Shown piece by piece: positions 1 to 9,948 of a stretch of 64,000 nucleotides of DNA. This DNA comes from an uncultured Gemmatimonadales bacterium (GTDB lineage: Bacteria; Gemmatimonadota; Gemmatimonadetes; Gemmatimonadales; GWC2-71-9), in contig CAWGED010000005.1 in the NCBI GenBank assembly GCA_963821525.1, forward strand, positions 864,001-928,000, written 5' to 3'. The position numbers were made by a program, and so were the translations under genes. How positions within the stretch are numbered: the first letter of the stretch is position 1; each line of letters starts with the position of its first letter. The notes beneath the pieces were generated by a model. That model was not told the DNA's origin and did not search any database. It saw only the letters and a program-made list of their open reading frames with translations.

Positions 1-118
1 ACGCCACCAAAGGAGGCGTCGGGGTCTTTCAGGCGGGTAACGCCGCGGGGTCAGTCGCACATTGAGTGCGGACCGGTCTGCCTCGGAGCTTCTCAACCTC
101 TCGCGCGGGACAGCGCTC

Positions 119-676
119 ATGGACCTCAGCACGGATGCAGAGGTGTCGGTGCGGTACGACGCCCGGCTTGCAGGGATCTTCTATCTGCTCAACATCCTGA
201 CTGGAGCGTCCGCGCTCTTTGCTCACGGCACGCTGGCGTCCGCCTTACTTCTCATCTCCACCGTCTGTTACGTCGGGGTAACGATTCTTTTCTATCACCT
301 TTTCCGTCCGGTGGACCGGACAATTTCCGGATTGGCGGCGCTCTGCAGCATCACAGGATGCGTCATTACTACGCTCGGCACCTTGCGCCTTGCCGCCGCT
401 CCCGTCAGCCCGTTGGTGTTTTTCGGACTCTATTGCCTCCTGATCGGATATCTGATTCTTCGCTCGACCTTTCTGCCTCGGTTCCTCGGTGTGCTGATGG
501 CACTGGGCGGCCTGGGCTGGCTGACCTTTCTGTCGCCAGCACTCTCGAGCAAGTTGTCTCCCTGGAACATGGCCCCGGGTATCCTCGGTGAAGGCACGCT
601 CACTCTGTGGTTGCTGGTGGCTGCTGTAAATGCCCGACAATGGCTGGAGCAGTCGACCATCAGCGGTGTCGTGTAG
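119..676 (+). CDS. DUF4386-family integral membrane protein
   Basis: Several hydrophobic segments; ARLAGIFYLL N-terminal pattern and GYLILRSTFLPRFLG...GEGTLTLWLLV C-terminal pattern resemble DUF4386; ATG at 119 preferred over TTG at 62. Confidence 0.7.
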   Translation: MDLSTDAEVSVRYDARLAGIFYLLNILTGASALFAHGTLASALLLISTVCYVGVTILFYHLFRPVDRTISGLAALCSITGCVITTLGTLRLAAAPVSPLVFFGLYCLLIGYLILRSTFLPRFLGVLMALGGLGWLTFLSPALSSKLSPWNMAPGILGEGTLTLWLLVAAVNARQWLEQSTISGVV

Positions 677-680
677 CCGC

Positions 681-1619
681 TTGAGACTCGCAGGCGCCGC
701 GCTGCTCAGCGTTGTCGCTGCACCGCTCATCGCTCAGGCGAGGCCGCCGCTCGATCTCGTCGTCGTGACCGCGGTTACTCAGGAGGGTCACGCGACGGAC
801 GACTGGCTCGCTATTCTTCGGACCCGACTGTCTCCCGCGCAGTACGACTCGATCGCCCCGCTTCAGAAGGCTCTCGCACCCGACGAAGCGGCCTGGGATT
901 CCCTCATCCACGCCCGGGCACCGGCCTGGATCGGGCTGGCCGCGCCGATCACGTCGCTCTATTCTCCGGCTCAGCCACCGGCGGTCAGGGTGATGGTGGG
1001 CAATCGGGGAGCGGACGATGCCTTCACTGCCGACAATCACACCATCGCCTTCGATTTGTCCCGACTCGTCTCCATCTATGGTCCGGCCAACGATCCCGCG
1101 AACGGTGTCCGCATCGACCGTTTCTTCCGCCACGAGTTCTCTCACATTCTGCAGAAGGCGTGGCTCGCGGCTCACCCCTGGGCTATCACCTCCCCCTTGA
1201 ACGCCGCCTTATTCGACATCTGGACGGAAGGCCTTGGCAATTACTACTCGTTGTCCGACCAATGGCTCGATCCGCAGGGCCAGCTGACCGACCGGTCCCG
1301 GCAGACCCTGGCGGTCCTCGAGCCCCGCTTCGCCTCCAATCTCCATGCTCTTGCCTGTGCCGATTCGGCCAGCGCCGCGCCGCTCCTCGCGACCCTCTCT
1401 TCGGGCCCGTTTGATCGGAAGTGGGGGGCCATTCCCGCGGCCCTCTGGCTTGCCAGCGAACCAGAACCCGAAGACAGCGCACTCCGACGTTTCATCGTCG
1501 CCGGTCCCGCCGGAGTGTGGGACCTCGCCGCCCGCCATATCGCCCCGGAGTTGGCAGAGAGCCTGAGGGATGCGCAGCAGCGCGGATCGCAATGTGGTCA
1601 GACCTCTCGCCCGGAGTAA
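681..1619 (+). CDS. Secreted putative Zn-dependent protease (DUF5700/DUF2268-like gluzincin)
   Basis: Signal-peptide-like LAGAALLSVVAAPLIAQA; HEFSH zinc motif followed by WTEGLGNY (third ligand E); start uncertain. Confidence 0.65.
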   Translation: MRLAGAALLSVVAAPLIAQARPPLDLVVVTAVTQEGHATDDWLAILRTRLSPAQYDSIAPLQKALAPDEAAWDSLIHARAPAWIGLAAPITSLYSPAQPPAVRVMVGNRGADDAFTADNHTIAFDLSRLVSIYGPANDPANGVRIDRFFRHEFSHILQKAWLAAHPWAITSPLNAALFDIWTEGLGNYYSLSDQWLDPQGQLTDRSRQTLAVLEPRFASNLHALACADSASAAPLLATLSSGPFDRKWGAIPAALWLASEPEPEDSALRRFIVAGPAGVWDLAARHIAPELAESLRDAQQRGSQCGQTSRPE

Positions 1620-1683
1620 CGTGTCGCCCGCAGGCGCGGCGTCAGGCGGCTTCCAACTCAGTTCTTAACCCGAAGGGGTAAAG

Positions 1684-1960
1684 ATGCATACGATCAGGGT
1701 CATCGCCGGAGGTTTTCTCCTTCTCGCCCTCTGTCTCCTCATCGGCCGATGGACAGGAGACCCCACGCCGGCTGGTCGGACTGGCTAAGGCGGCGAAGGT
1801 CTTCATCCCGATCTGGTTCGTCGCCTCCGGAATCAATATGTGGATCGGGGTTTCCAAAGCCGGATACTCCGTTGCCGAGGAGGCTCCTACCTTCCTCGTC
1901 GTCTTTGCGGTCCCAGTCGCCGCGGCTCTCCTGGTGTGGTGGAGTGTCGCGCGGGGCTAG
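1684..1960 (+). CDS. Small three-helix membrane hypothetical protein (one frameshift, missing from the ORF track)
   Basis: Manual translation MHTIRVIAGGFLLLALCLLIGRW.../...LAKAAKVFIPIWFVASGINMWIGVSKAGYSVAEEAPTFLVVFAVPVAAALLVWWSVARG*; AAGGGG upstream of the ATG. Confidence 0.6.
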
Positions 1961-2085
1961 GTGGTGCCACGTGACAGGTAGACAGGTTCGGTCGGGAAGG
2001 GAACCATTCTTCCCACTGCTGCGTTCTTGCTGAAGTCCGGCTCACTGCGAGCCGGTCAGAACTTCAGCAAGGAGAGCAAGGAAAA

Positions 2086-2547
2086 GTGAAAGCGAAACAC
2101 CTCGCCGGCGCTGCCCTCTTGGCACTGGCCGTGAGCCTGTCCCCAGTGGTGGCCGGGGCTCAGGAGCTCAACGTGAACCATTCCGGGGTGGCGATCAGCG
2201 GCTACGACCCCGTCGCCTACTTCACCACCGCGAGCGCCGTCAAAGGCTCGCCGGAGATCACCGCGACCGAAGCGGGCGGCCACCTACCGCTTCAGCACCA
2301 CGACAAACCGCGACGCGTTTCTCGCGAATCCCGCCCGGTACCTCCCCGTGTACGGCGGCTACTGCGCCTACGGCGTTGCTCACGGGCACAAGGTGGACGT
2401 GGACCCCGAAGCGTTCCGGGTGGTGGACGACAAGCTGTATTTGAACTACAGCAAGGACGTGCAGAAGAAATGGCTGGCGGACATCCCCGGTAACATCAGC
2501 TGGCGGACAGCAATTGGACCAGCCTTCGGGACAAGCCACGGGACTAA
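2086..2547 (+). CDS. Secreted YHS-domain protein, Cys form (frameshifted)
   Basis: Signal peptide, AISGYDPVAYF, YRF...NRDAFLANPARYLPVYGGYCAYG, DPEAFRVVDDKLYLNY; joined from ORFs 2086 and 2348. Confidence 0.8.
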
Positions 2548-2563
2548 TCGGACGGGAGGACGT

Positions 2564-2667
2564 AGTACGTGGGGTCGTGGTATGTAGACGGGCGTGACCC
2601 CACGTACTCGGTACTCGGTACTTCGGCTCCAAATCTGAAATCTTCCATCTGAAATCTTCAATTTCCA
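2564..2667. repeat. 13-bp inverted repeat followed by heptamer tracts (GTACTCG)n and five ATCTGAA/ATCTTCC-like units
   Basis: AGTACGTGGGGTC 2564-2576 pairs with GACCCCACGTACT 2596-2608; ATCTGAA ATCTTCC ATCTGAA ATCTTCA ATTTCCA 2633-2667 ends at the ATG at 2668. Confidence 0.8.
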
Positions 2668-3315
2668 ATGCCAAGACTTCGCGTCAACTGCTTCTCCATC
2701 TCCCTTGATGGATACGGCGCCGGTCCCGATCAGGCCCTCGAGAATCCCCTCGGTGTCGGCGGGCTCGCATTGCATGACTGGGTCGTGGCCACCCGGGCAT
2801 TTCACCAGATGCAGCATCAGGAGGGAGGATCAACCGGCATCGATAACGACTTCGCGGTCCGCGGCATGGCCGGCATTGGTGCCTGGATCCTCGGCCGGAA
2901 CATGTTTGGGCCCATCCGAGGTCCCTGGCCCGACGAGGCCTGGCGGGGCTGGTGGGGAGAGGAGCCTCCGTACCACACGCCGGTGTTTGTGCTCACTCAC
3001 CATGCGCGAGCGCCGCTCACCATGAAAGGCGGCACCGAATTTCGTTTTGTCGCTGGAGGCATCCGTCACGCGTTGGAGCAGGCGGGAAAGGCCGCTGGAG
3101 GGCAGGATGTCCGGGTGGGCGGGGGAGTCTCCACCATTCGGCAGTATCTCGAAGCCGGACTGGTTGACGAGCTGCATCTCGCGATCGCGCCCGTGCTCTT
3201 GGGCACAGGTGAAAACCTGCTGGCAGGGCTCAACCTTCCTGCACTGGGCTACGGCGTCACGGAGCATGTTATGACTGCCGCGGCGACCCACGTGGTCTTG
3301 ACTAAGAAGAAGTAG
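2668..3315 (+). CDS. Dihydrofolate reductase / RibD C-terminal family protein
   Basis: SISLDGY, ILGRNMF, PVFVLTH, DVRVGGGVSTIRQYLEAGLVDELHLAIAPVLLG motifs. Confidence 0.9.
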   Translation: MPRLRVNCFSISLDGYGAGPDQALENPLGVGGLALHDWVVATRAFHQMQHQEGGSTGIDNDFAVRGMAGIGAWILGRNMFGPIRGPWPDEAWRGWWGEEPPYHTPVFVLTHHARAPLTMKGGTEFRFVAGGIRHALEQAGKAAGGQDVRVGGGVSTIRQYLEAGLVDELHLAIAPVLLGTGENLLAGLNLPALGYGVTEHVMTAAATHVVLTKKK

Positions 3316-3346
3316 GAAGTGAGACGAGACGTGGGCCGTCGTTCTC

Positions 3347-3374
3347 GAACTCGGAACCCGGAACTCGGAACTAA
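3347..3374. repeat. Heptamer tandem repeat (GAACTCG-like) x4
   Basis: GAACTCG GAACCCG GAACTCG GAACTAA. Confidence 0.75.
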
Positions 3375-3462
3375 CTACCGAACCATGTCTGATTGGCCAG
3401 ACCAACTGCGCATCTCATGGTAGGGCATTGCTGAACCATGTGAAACGCAGGAGGCAGGAGCC

Positions 3463-4267
3463 ATGTTTGCGGATGTGAAGTATGTGGAGCTGGCGATAGG
3501 AGTTAGGGTTCAGTACGTGGAGCAGGGAAGCCCTTCGGGCGTGCCGGTGTGATGCTCCACGGGTATAGCGACTCCTGGCATTCCTTCGAGCCGGTACTGC
3601 CATTTCTTCCTTCTTCGATTCGCGCCTACGCGCATCTCCCAGCGGGGGCACGGGAACACGGCCCGCCCATCGCCGGATACGGGCCGAGTGATTTTGCGGC
3701 GGATCTGGCGGAGTTCATGGATGCGCTGGACATCGATTCAGCGATCGTGGTGGGGCACTCCCTGGGGAGCCTGATCGCTCAGCGCTTCGCGCTCGACTAT
3801 CCCGAGCGGACAATTGGGATTGGTGCTGATCGGTTCGGGTCCCGCGATGCGAGGGAATCCGGTCTGGTCGGAGCTTCGCGCCCCCGTGCTGGATCTGACC
3901 GATCCGGTTGATCCCCGGTTCGTCCGGGAGTTCCAGGAGAGCACACTGGCGCAGCCGATACCGCCGACCTTTCTCGATACCGTGGTGCAGGAGAGTCGGA
4001 AGCTCCCGGCCCGGGTCTGGCGATCGATCTGGCAGGGACTTCGCCGAGGTGGATCACTCGGACGAGCTTAGCCAGCTCAAGGCGCCGACCCTGGTGACCT
4101 GGGGCGATCGGGACTCGGTATTCGGACGTAACGAGCAGGAGGCGATCGTTGCGGCGGTCCCGGATGCGCGACTCATCGTGTATCCGGGCGCCGGCCACGG
4201 GACGCACTGGGAGGAGCCGGAGCGGTTCGCGTCGGATCTGGTGGCGTTTGTCAGAAGGGTCGCTTGA
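3463..4267 (+). CDS. Alpha/beta-fold hydrolase (several frameshifts)
   Basis: GGAG RBS then MFADVKYVEL...; LHGYSDS oxyanion region, GHSLG nucleophile elbow, WGDRD and GAGHGTHWEEP; pieces in ORFs 3549, 3814 and 3908. Confidence 0.85.
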
Positions 4268-4345
4268 TCCCTACTTGATTCGCGGTTGATAGCGTTTGAC
4301 CAGTTGATCGGTCGAACCGCTGTCCACTCGAACCTGGGGGCTCCC

Positions 4346-4795
4346 ATGCGACTCGTGCTTTCCATCGTGGCCCTTGCCCTGCTCGGTTCAGGATGTGGCT
4401 CGGTGGCCTCGGCCCCGCCGGAACTTGCCGCGACAGCCCTCACCTTTACTCCCGCGCCGGGCAAGTCACGCATCTACGTGTATCGGCCGTCCCGGTTCGT
4501 CGGCTCGGCTGCCCACTTGAAGGTTGAGGTGGATAGCCAGTTCGTCGGCAAGACTGGTTCCGGCACCTTCATGATGATCGAAGTGGATCCTGGCCACCAC
4601 CGGGTCAGCGGCCTGAGCAGCGAGAGCGACCGGGGAGTGGATTTTGAGGCGTTGGCCGACAGCACCTACTTCTTCAAGCTGTGGCCCAAGATGGGGTTCA
4701 TGAGCGCGCAGTCGGGGATCGAACCCATGGACCCGGTCGAGGGGCGGCGTGCAGTTCAAGAGTCTCGCATGGTCCCCGCCAATTGGCCAGGGTGA
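4346..4795 (+). CDS. DUF2846-domain lipoprotein
   Basis: Lipoprotein-like signal MRLVLSIVALALLGSGC; SRIYVYRPS...EVDPGHHRV typical of DUF2846. Confidence 0.75.
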   Translation: MRLVLSIVALALLGSGCGSVASAPPELAATALTFTPAPGKSRIYVYRPSRFVGSAAHLKVEVDSQFVGKTGSGTFMMIEVDPGHHRVSGLSSESDRGVDFEALADSTYFFKLWPKMGFMSAQSGIEPMDPVEGRRAVQESRMVPANWPG

Positions 4796-4887
4796 GCCGG
4801 TCGCCACCAGCCAGTGAGCACCGCGGAGGTGCGTGGCATTGTTGCCAAGCCTGGTAACTCTTAGTCGCCAGCCGGGAGGAATAGGAT

Positions 4888-5377
4888 ATGACGTCCTACT
4901 ACCGAGTCAGTACCGCGAAACTGGTCGCGCTCAGTTTTTGCACCCTGGGCTTCTATAGCATCTACTGGTTCTACCGCCAGTGGCAGGCCGAGGGTGAAGA
5001 GCACGACGAGAGCGATTCTGCTCCCTTTCGGGCCTTTTTCTCTGTGTTTACCGCCTACTCGCTGTTCTCCCGAATCCACGCCGCATTGAGTCTGGACGGA
5101 GACCGTCCCCGCTTCTCCCCTGGCCTCTACGCCGTGGCGTACTTTGTCCTGGTGACAGCCTGGCGCCTGCCCGACCCCTACGGTTTGCTCGGCGTTGTTG
5201 TGGTTCATCCCGATCCTCCGTGTCCAGCAAGCGATTAATGCCAATGTCCGGAAGCACGATCCCACCGCCTCTTTGAATGAGACGTGGGAGTGGTGGGCCT
5301 TTTTCCTCGCCTGCGTCGGAGGGACGTTCATGCTGATAGGTGTGGTCGCAACTCTCTTCCCCGAGTTGCCTGAGTAG
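4888..5377 (+). CDS. Membrane protein, DUF4234-like (one frameshift)
   Basis: KLVALSFCTLGFYSIYWFYRQW N-terminus; joins ORF 5195 (FIPILRVQQAIN...); GGAGG RBS. Confidence 0.6.
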
Positions 5378-5532
5378 CCGGCGACCGGCGGGAAGCAGGA
5401 AGGCGGGAATCCAATGCGGCTAGCTCGATCTCCTTCTTGGCATCCGAGTCCTCCAGATCTGAACGTAGCATTGGTTCGCAAGGCGCTGGCGGCGTGAGAT
5501 GACATGCAGGTGTGCTGGCGAGCCGAACATAT

Positions 5533-5576
5533 TGACTTGACAATGACTTGATAAGTGATATGTAACCTATTACGTT
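5533..5576 (+). promoter_or_regulatory. Putative sigma70-type promoter overlapped by an 11-bp direct repeat
   Basis: AT-rich patch; TTGATA(5548)-N17-TACGTT(5571); TGACTTGACAA/TGACTTGATAA at 5533-5554. Confidence 0.5.
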
Positions 5577-5738
5577 AGCTCCACGGATCGATAGCAGCCG
5601 CGGTGGAGTCACTGCGACCCCGGGGAAATGCGCCCCGAATCGAACCGACAGTCCGCGAGCTCTACGCACGACGGCTCATCAAGCACTCGAATCTCCTCAG
5701 TCTCACTTCAGCCTGCCAGGCCCGCCTGCGTAAGGGTG

Positions 5739-5974
5739 ATGCCCCTTAGTCCCTATTGTCGATCGCAGAAGTCCTCCGCACTTTGGTCACCTCCCCTTGG
5801 GCCAGGACGGCCGTTACGCCAGACAGCACGGTGCGCAGGCGCCTCGTCGCAGGTCTCCCATCCCGCGTCGGTCTCACCGCCGAGCCTGCGCAGGCGCGTG
5901 CCCTGACCCCTGTAGTTCAAGCCCCACCAAACCAGTGGTTCCTGGCCAGACCCCCGCCAGCTTCAGTTGAATGA
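5739..5974 (+). CDS. Putative leader / ribosome-arrest peptide ending in ...WFLARPPPASVE
   Basis: ORF 5756-5974; a start at ATG 5739 would need one indel in a C-run; lies 55 nt before the heme-binding gene. Confidence 0.35.
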
Positions 5975-6029
5975 TTCCAGCAGCGCATTGTCCGTTTCAC
6001 ATTTGCAGCAAGAAAAAGGAGTCCATCAC

Positions 6030-6821
6030 ATGTCCAACATTCTGGGAAGCCGCCGAGCGCGGTTCCCTGCAGTGATCGTCGCGGCGGTCTTGGACTCGCC
6101 GCCTGCGGCGACGACATCACCAACAACAACGCTGCAATTCCCACGTTCACCCCTGACCCGATCGTTGCCGCGGCCGACCTTCAGACGGCGCTGGTAGGAT
6201 GCCGTCGCTGCCGGCAATGGCGGATTGGGTTTCCCCATGTGGGCAACCGTCGTGGACCGGGCCGGCGTCGTCGTAGCCGTGGTCCACAGCGGAGCCGGGC
6301 GTGGGTGATCAGTGGCTCGGCAGCCGGGCCATTTCGGCGCAAAAGGCGAACACCGCGAATGACTTCAGTCTGGACGGCTTCGCACTCTCCACTGCCAATC
6401 TCTACAGCGCGACGCAGCCGGGTGGGAGCCTCTTCGGCCTGCAGGAGAGCAATCCGGTGAATACCGACGTGGTCTATGGCGGCGACTTCATCAGTACGGC
6501 ACCACCAGCGATTTCATGGTCGGGAAGAAGCCCGGTGGGGTGAACGTCTTTGGCGGTGGACTCGCACTCTATGACGCGACCGGCGCCCTCATCGGTGCCG
6601 TCGGAGTCAGCGGGGATACCTCCTGCGCCGACCACAACATCGCCTGGCGGGTGCGCGATGCGCTGGCGTCTCGATTTCGTGCCCGGCAGGGGTCGATGCG
6701 GGCACCGATGACATCATTTACGACATCACGGGCGGCGTGAGCGCCAGCGGATTCGGCCACCCGACCTGCGGCGGGACCGAGGACACTTTCGACATGCCCA
6801 CCTTGTTACCCGATCAGCTGA
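6030..6821 (+). CDS. GlcG/HbpS-family heme-binding lipoprotein (multiple frameshifts)
   Basis: AAGGAG RBS; GLAAC lipobox; MWATVVDRAG, SRAISAQKANTA, NVFGGGLALYD...IGAVGVSGDTSCADHNIA motifs. Confidence 0.8.
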
Positions 6822-6845
6822 CGTCGAGTTCCTCTGAACCGTCTT

Positions 6846-6880
6846 CGGCGGGTCCGGCTCCGGCCGGGCCCGCTGTCATT
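6846..6880 (+). terminator. GC hairpin, possible intrinsic terminator
   Basis: CGGCGGGTCCGGC-TCCG-GCCGGGCCCGCTG followed by TCATT (weak U tract). Confidence 0.5.
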
Positions 6881-7027
6881 CGTGGCCTTCTCATCTGCGA
6901 CTGACAGTCGACCGATGTTGCGTTAGGCTCATGCCTTTCCTGAAACCAAACCACCGCAGCGCACGCTTATGTTTAGCGAGATTCGCTGATCCAGGATCCC
7001 TCCACCTTGACCCTCGCAAGAAGAGCC

Positions 7028-9839
7028 ATGTCCGCTGTTCGAGCAGATCTCCGTGTGCTGATTCTCGCCCTTGCCGTCCTTCACCGCCGCGCCGCCGCTC
7101 GTCCAACCTCAGCAGGCTCCGCCGGCCGCGAAGCCCGGCTCCCAAAGCGCCCGCGGCCCCGGCCCCGCGCCATCAAGGGGCCGACCGTCGAAGGCATCAC
7201 CGAATACAGCCTGCCCAATGGCCTCCGGTTCCTGCTGTTTCCCGATCCATCGAAGCCCACCATGACAGTCAACATCACATACATGGTTGGCTCCCGGAAT
7301 GAGGGATACGGGGAGACCGGAATGGCTCATCTTCTCGAGCACATGCTCTTCAAGGGCACCCCACGGCACCGCAACGTCCCGCAGGAGCTGACCGAGCACG
7401 GCGCCGATCCCAACGGGACGACCTGGTTCGATCGCACCAATTACTTCGAGACCTTCGCCGCGACCGACAGCAACCTGGCCTGGGCGCTCGATCTCGAATC
7501 CGACCGGATGATTCACAGTTACGTGGCCAAGAAGGATCTCGAGACCGAATTCACCGTGGTGCGGAACGAGTTCGAGCTGGGCGAGAACGATCCGGGCAGC
7601 ATTCTCGAAGAGCGGGCGATGTCCACCGCCTACCTCTGGCACAACTACGGGCACTCGACGATTGGGGCCCGTTCCGATATCGAGCAGGTGCCCATCGAGC
7701 GGCTGCAGGGCTTCTATCGGAAGTACTACCAGCCTGACAACGCATTGCTGGTCGTGGCTGGGAAATTCGACGAAGCGAAGACCCTGCGTCTCATCACCGC
7801 GAAGTTTGGCGCCATCCCGAGGCCCAAGCGCGATGGCGACATGAAGGTCTATCCGACCTACACCCTGGATCCGACCCAGGACGGAGAGCGGAGCGTCACG
7901 CTGCGTCGCACCGGCGATGTCCAGGCGCTGATCGCGATCTATCACGTGCCCGCCGGGTCTCACACCGATTTCCCGGCGGTCGAAGTTCTTTCCCGTGTGC
8001 TGGGAGACGCCCCATCCGGCCGGCTCTACGCCGCTCTGGTCGCGACCGGTCTCGCCGCCGACGTCTCGGCCGGGGTCTATCGACTCAAGGAACCGGGCGT
8101 TCTCGAAGCCACGGCGCAGGTCAGGAAGGAGAGTTCTCTGGACAGCGCGCGCACAGCACTGCTGGCGACGCTGACCGACGTAGTGAGCCGGCCGCCCAGC
8201 ACCGAAGAAGTCGAGCGCGCAAAATCAACCATCGTCAAGAATTTCGAGCTGCAGCTCAACAATTCTCAGGGTGTGGCGCGGAATCTGAGCGAGTGGCAGG
8301 CGATGGGAGACTGGCGGATGCTGTTTCTCTATCGCGACCGGATCAAGGCCGTCACCGTCCAGGATGTGCAGCGGGTGGCCCAGGCTTACCTGAAGCCGTC
8401 GAACCTTACCGTCGGCTCTTTTGTCCCCACGGAGAAACCAGATCGCGCCGAGATCCCTGCGACGCCTGACGTGGCGGCTTTGGTGAAGGACTACAAGGGA
8501 GACACGACGCTTGCCGTCGGTGAAGCGTTCGATCCTTCGCCGGGAAACATCGATCAGACGGACGACTCGAACCGCGGTCGGCGGGATGAAGCTGGCCCTG
8601 CTGCCGAAGCAGACCCGTGGCCAGTCGGTGAACGCGAGCCTCACGCTCCGCTTCGGGAGCGCACAATCGCTGCAGAATCGTGCGACGGCGGCGGATCTCG
8701 CGGGCGACATGCTGATGCGGGGCACCCGCACGCTCTCCCGCCAGCAGATCAAGGATTCGCTCGACAAACTCAAGGCCCGGGTCGCGATCATGAGCGCCCC
8801 CAATCAGGTCATGGCCCGGATCGAAACCACGCGGCCCAACCTGGTGCCGACCCTTCAGCTCCTGGGCTCGATCCTCAAGGAACCGGCCTTCGATCCGAAG
8901 GAGTTCGACGAGCTCAAGCGGCAGGATCTGGCTGGGCTCGAGGAGCAGAAGTCGGATCCCCAGGCCCTGGCCTTCAACAGCTTCACCCGCTACCTGAGCC
9001 CCTGGCCCAAGGAAGATCCCCGCTACACTCCCACCATCGAGGAGTCGATCGCCGACTACGGTGCCGCCACGGTGGATGACGCCAAGCGGTACTACGTCGA
9101 GTTCTATGGCGCGAGTGACGCGACCATGGCGGTGGTCGGGGATTTCGACCCGAAGCAGGTGACCGATCTGGTCGGAACGCTGTTCGGAACGTGGCAGAGT
9201 CCCAAGCCATTCGAGCGCCTGGCCAACGAGTACCGCGACATTCCTGCAACCGGAATTACCATCGCGACACCCGACAAAGCCAACGCCTGGTTCATCGCCG
9301 GAACCAACGTCCCGATGCGGGACGACGATCCCGACTATCCCGCCTTCATGCTGGCCAACGAGATCCTGGGCGGCGGTTTCCTGAATTCCCGTCTCGCGGT
9401 CCGCATCCGGCAGAAGGACGGCGTGAGCTATGGCGTCGGTTCGTTCGTGAACGCGAGCCCGCTCGACAAATCCGGCCAGTTCATCGGCTATGCCATCTAC
9501 GCGCCCGAGAATGTGGCGAAGGTGGAGACCGGCTTTAAGGAAGAAGTGGAGCGGGCCCGGCGGGACGGGTTCACGGCGGAAGAGGTCGAGAAAGCGCGCG
9601 CGGGAATGCTGCAGAACCGTCAGGTCGACCGCTCCCAGGATCCAGCGCTCTCGGGAGAGCTGTCAACCGAGCTCTACGTCGGCCGCACGATGGCCTTCGA
9701 GGCGGACTTCGAGAAGCGCCTGCTGGCTCTCCGTCCCGCCGATGTGACCGCAGCGCTTCGAAAATACGTGGATCCGGCGAAGGTCACGATCGTGAAAGCC
9801 GGAGATTTTTCGAAAGCGACAGCACCGGCCCAGCCGTAG
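7028..9839 (+). CDS. M16 (pitrilysin/PqqL-like) zinc metallopeptidase, probably secreted (frameshifted)
   Basis: GMAHLLEHMLFKG inverted HXXEH motif, NGTTWFDRTNYFE, second half with LGGGFLNSRLAVRIRQKDGVSYGV; ORFs 7007 and 8511. Confidence 0.92.
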
Positions 9840-9842
9840 GTA

Positions 9843-9936
9843 ATTGCAGATTGACGATTGCTGATTGTCGATTGAAAATTGAACGGTAGGGATTAGCGGC
9901 TTTTCAATCGTCAATCGTCAATCAGCAATCAGCAAT
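9843..9936. repeat. Inverted heptamer tracts (ATTGNNN)6 / (NNNCAAT)5 able to form a long hairpin
   Basis: ATTGCAG ATTGACG ATTGCTG ATTGTCG ATTGAAA ATTGAAC ... TTTCAAT CGTCAAT CGTCAAT CAGCAAT CAGCAAT. Confidence 0.9.
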
Positions 9937-9948
9937 TATCTTTGCCCC

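Noticed and set aside
1..65. 3' end of an upstream CDS ending at TGA 63-65
   Set aside because: Too short to assign or support
2086..2547. YHS protein as a selenoprotein
   Set aside because: The YGGYCAYG cysteine is encoded by TGC, with no in-frame TGA
5380..5740. Riboswitch or ncRNA in the long intergenic region before the heme-binding gene
   Set aside because: I could not recognise any conserved aptamer motif by eye; an Rfam covariance search would be needed
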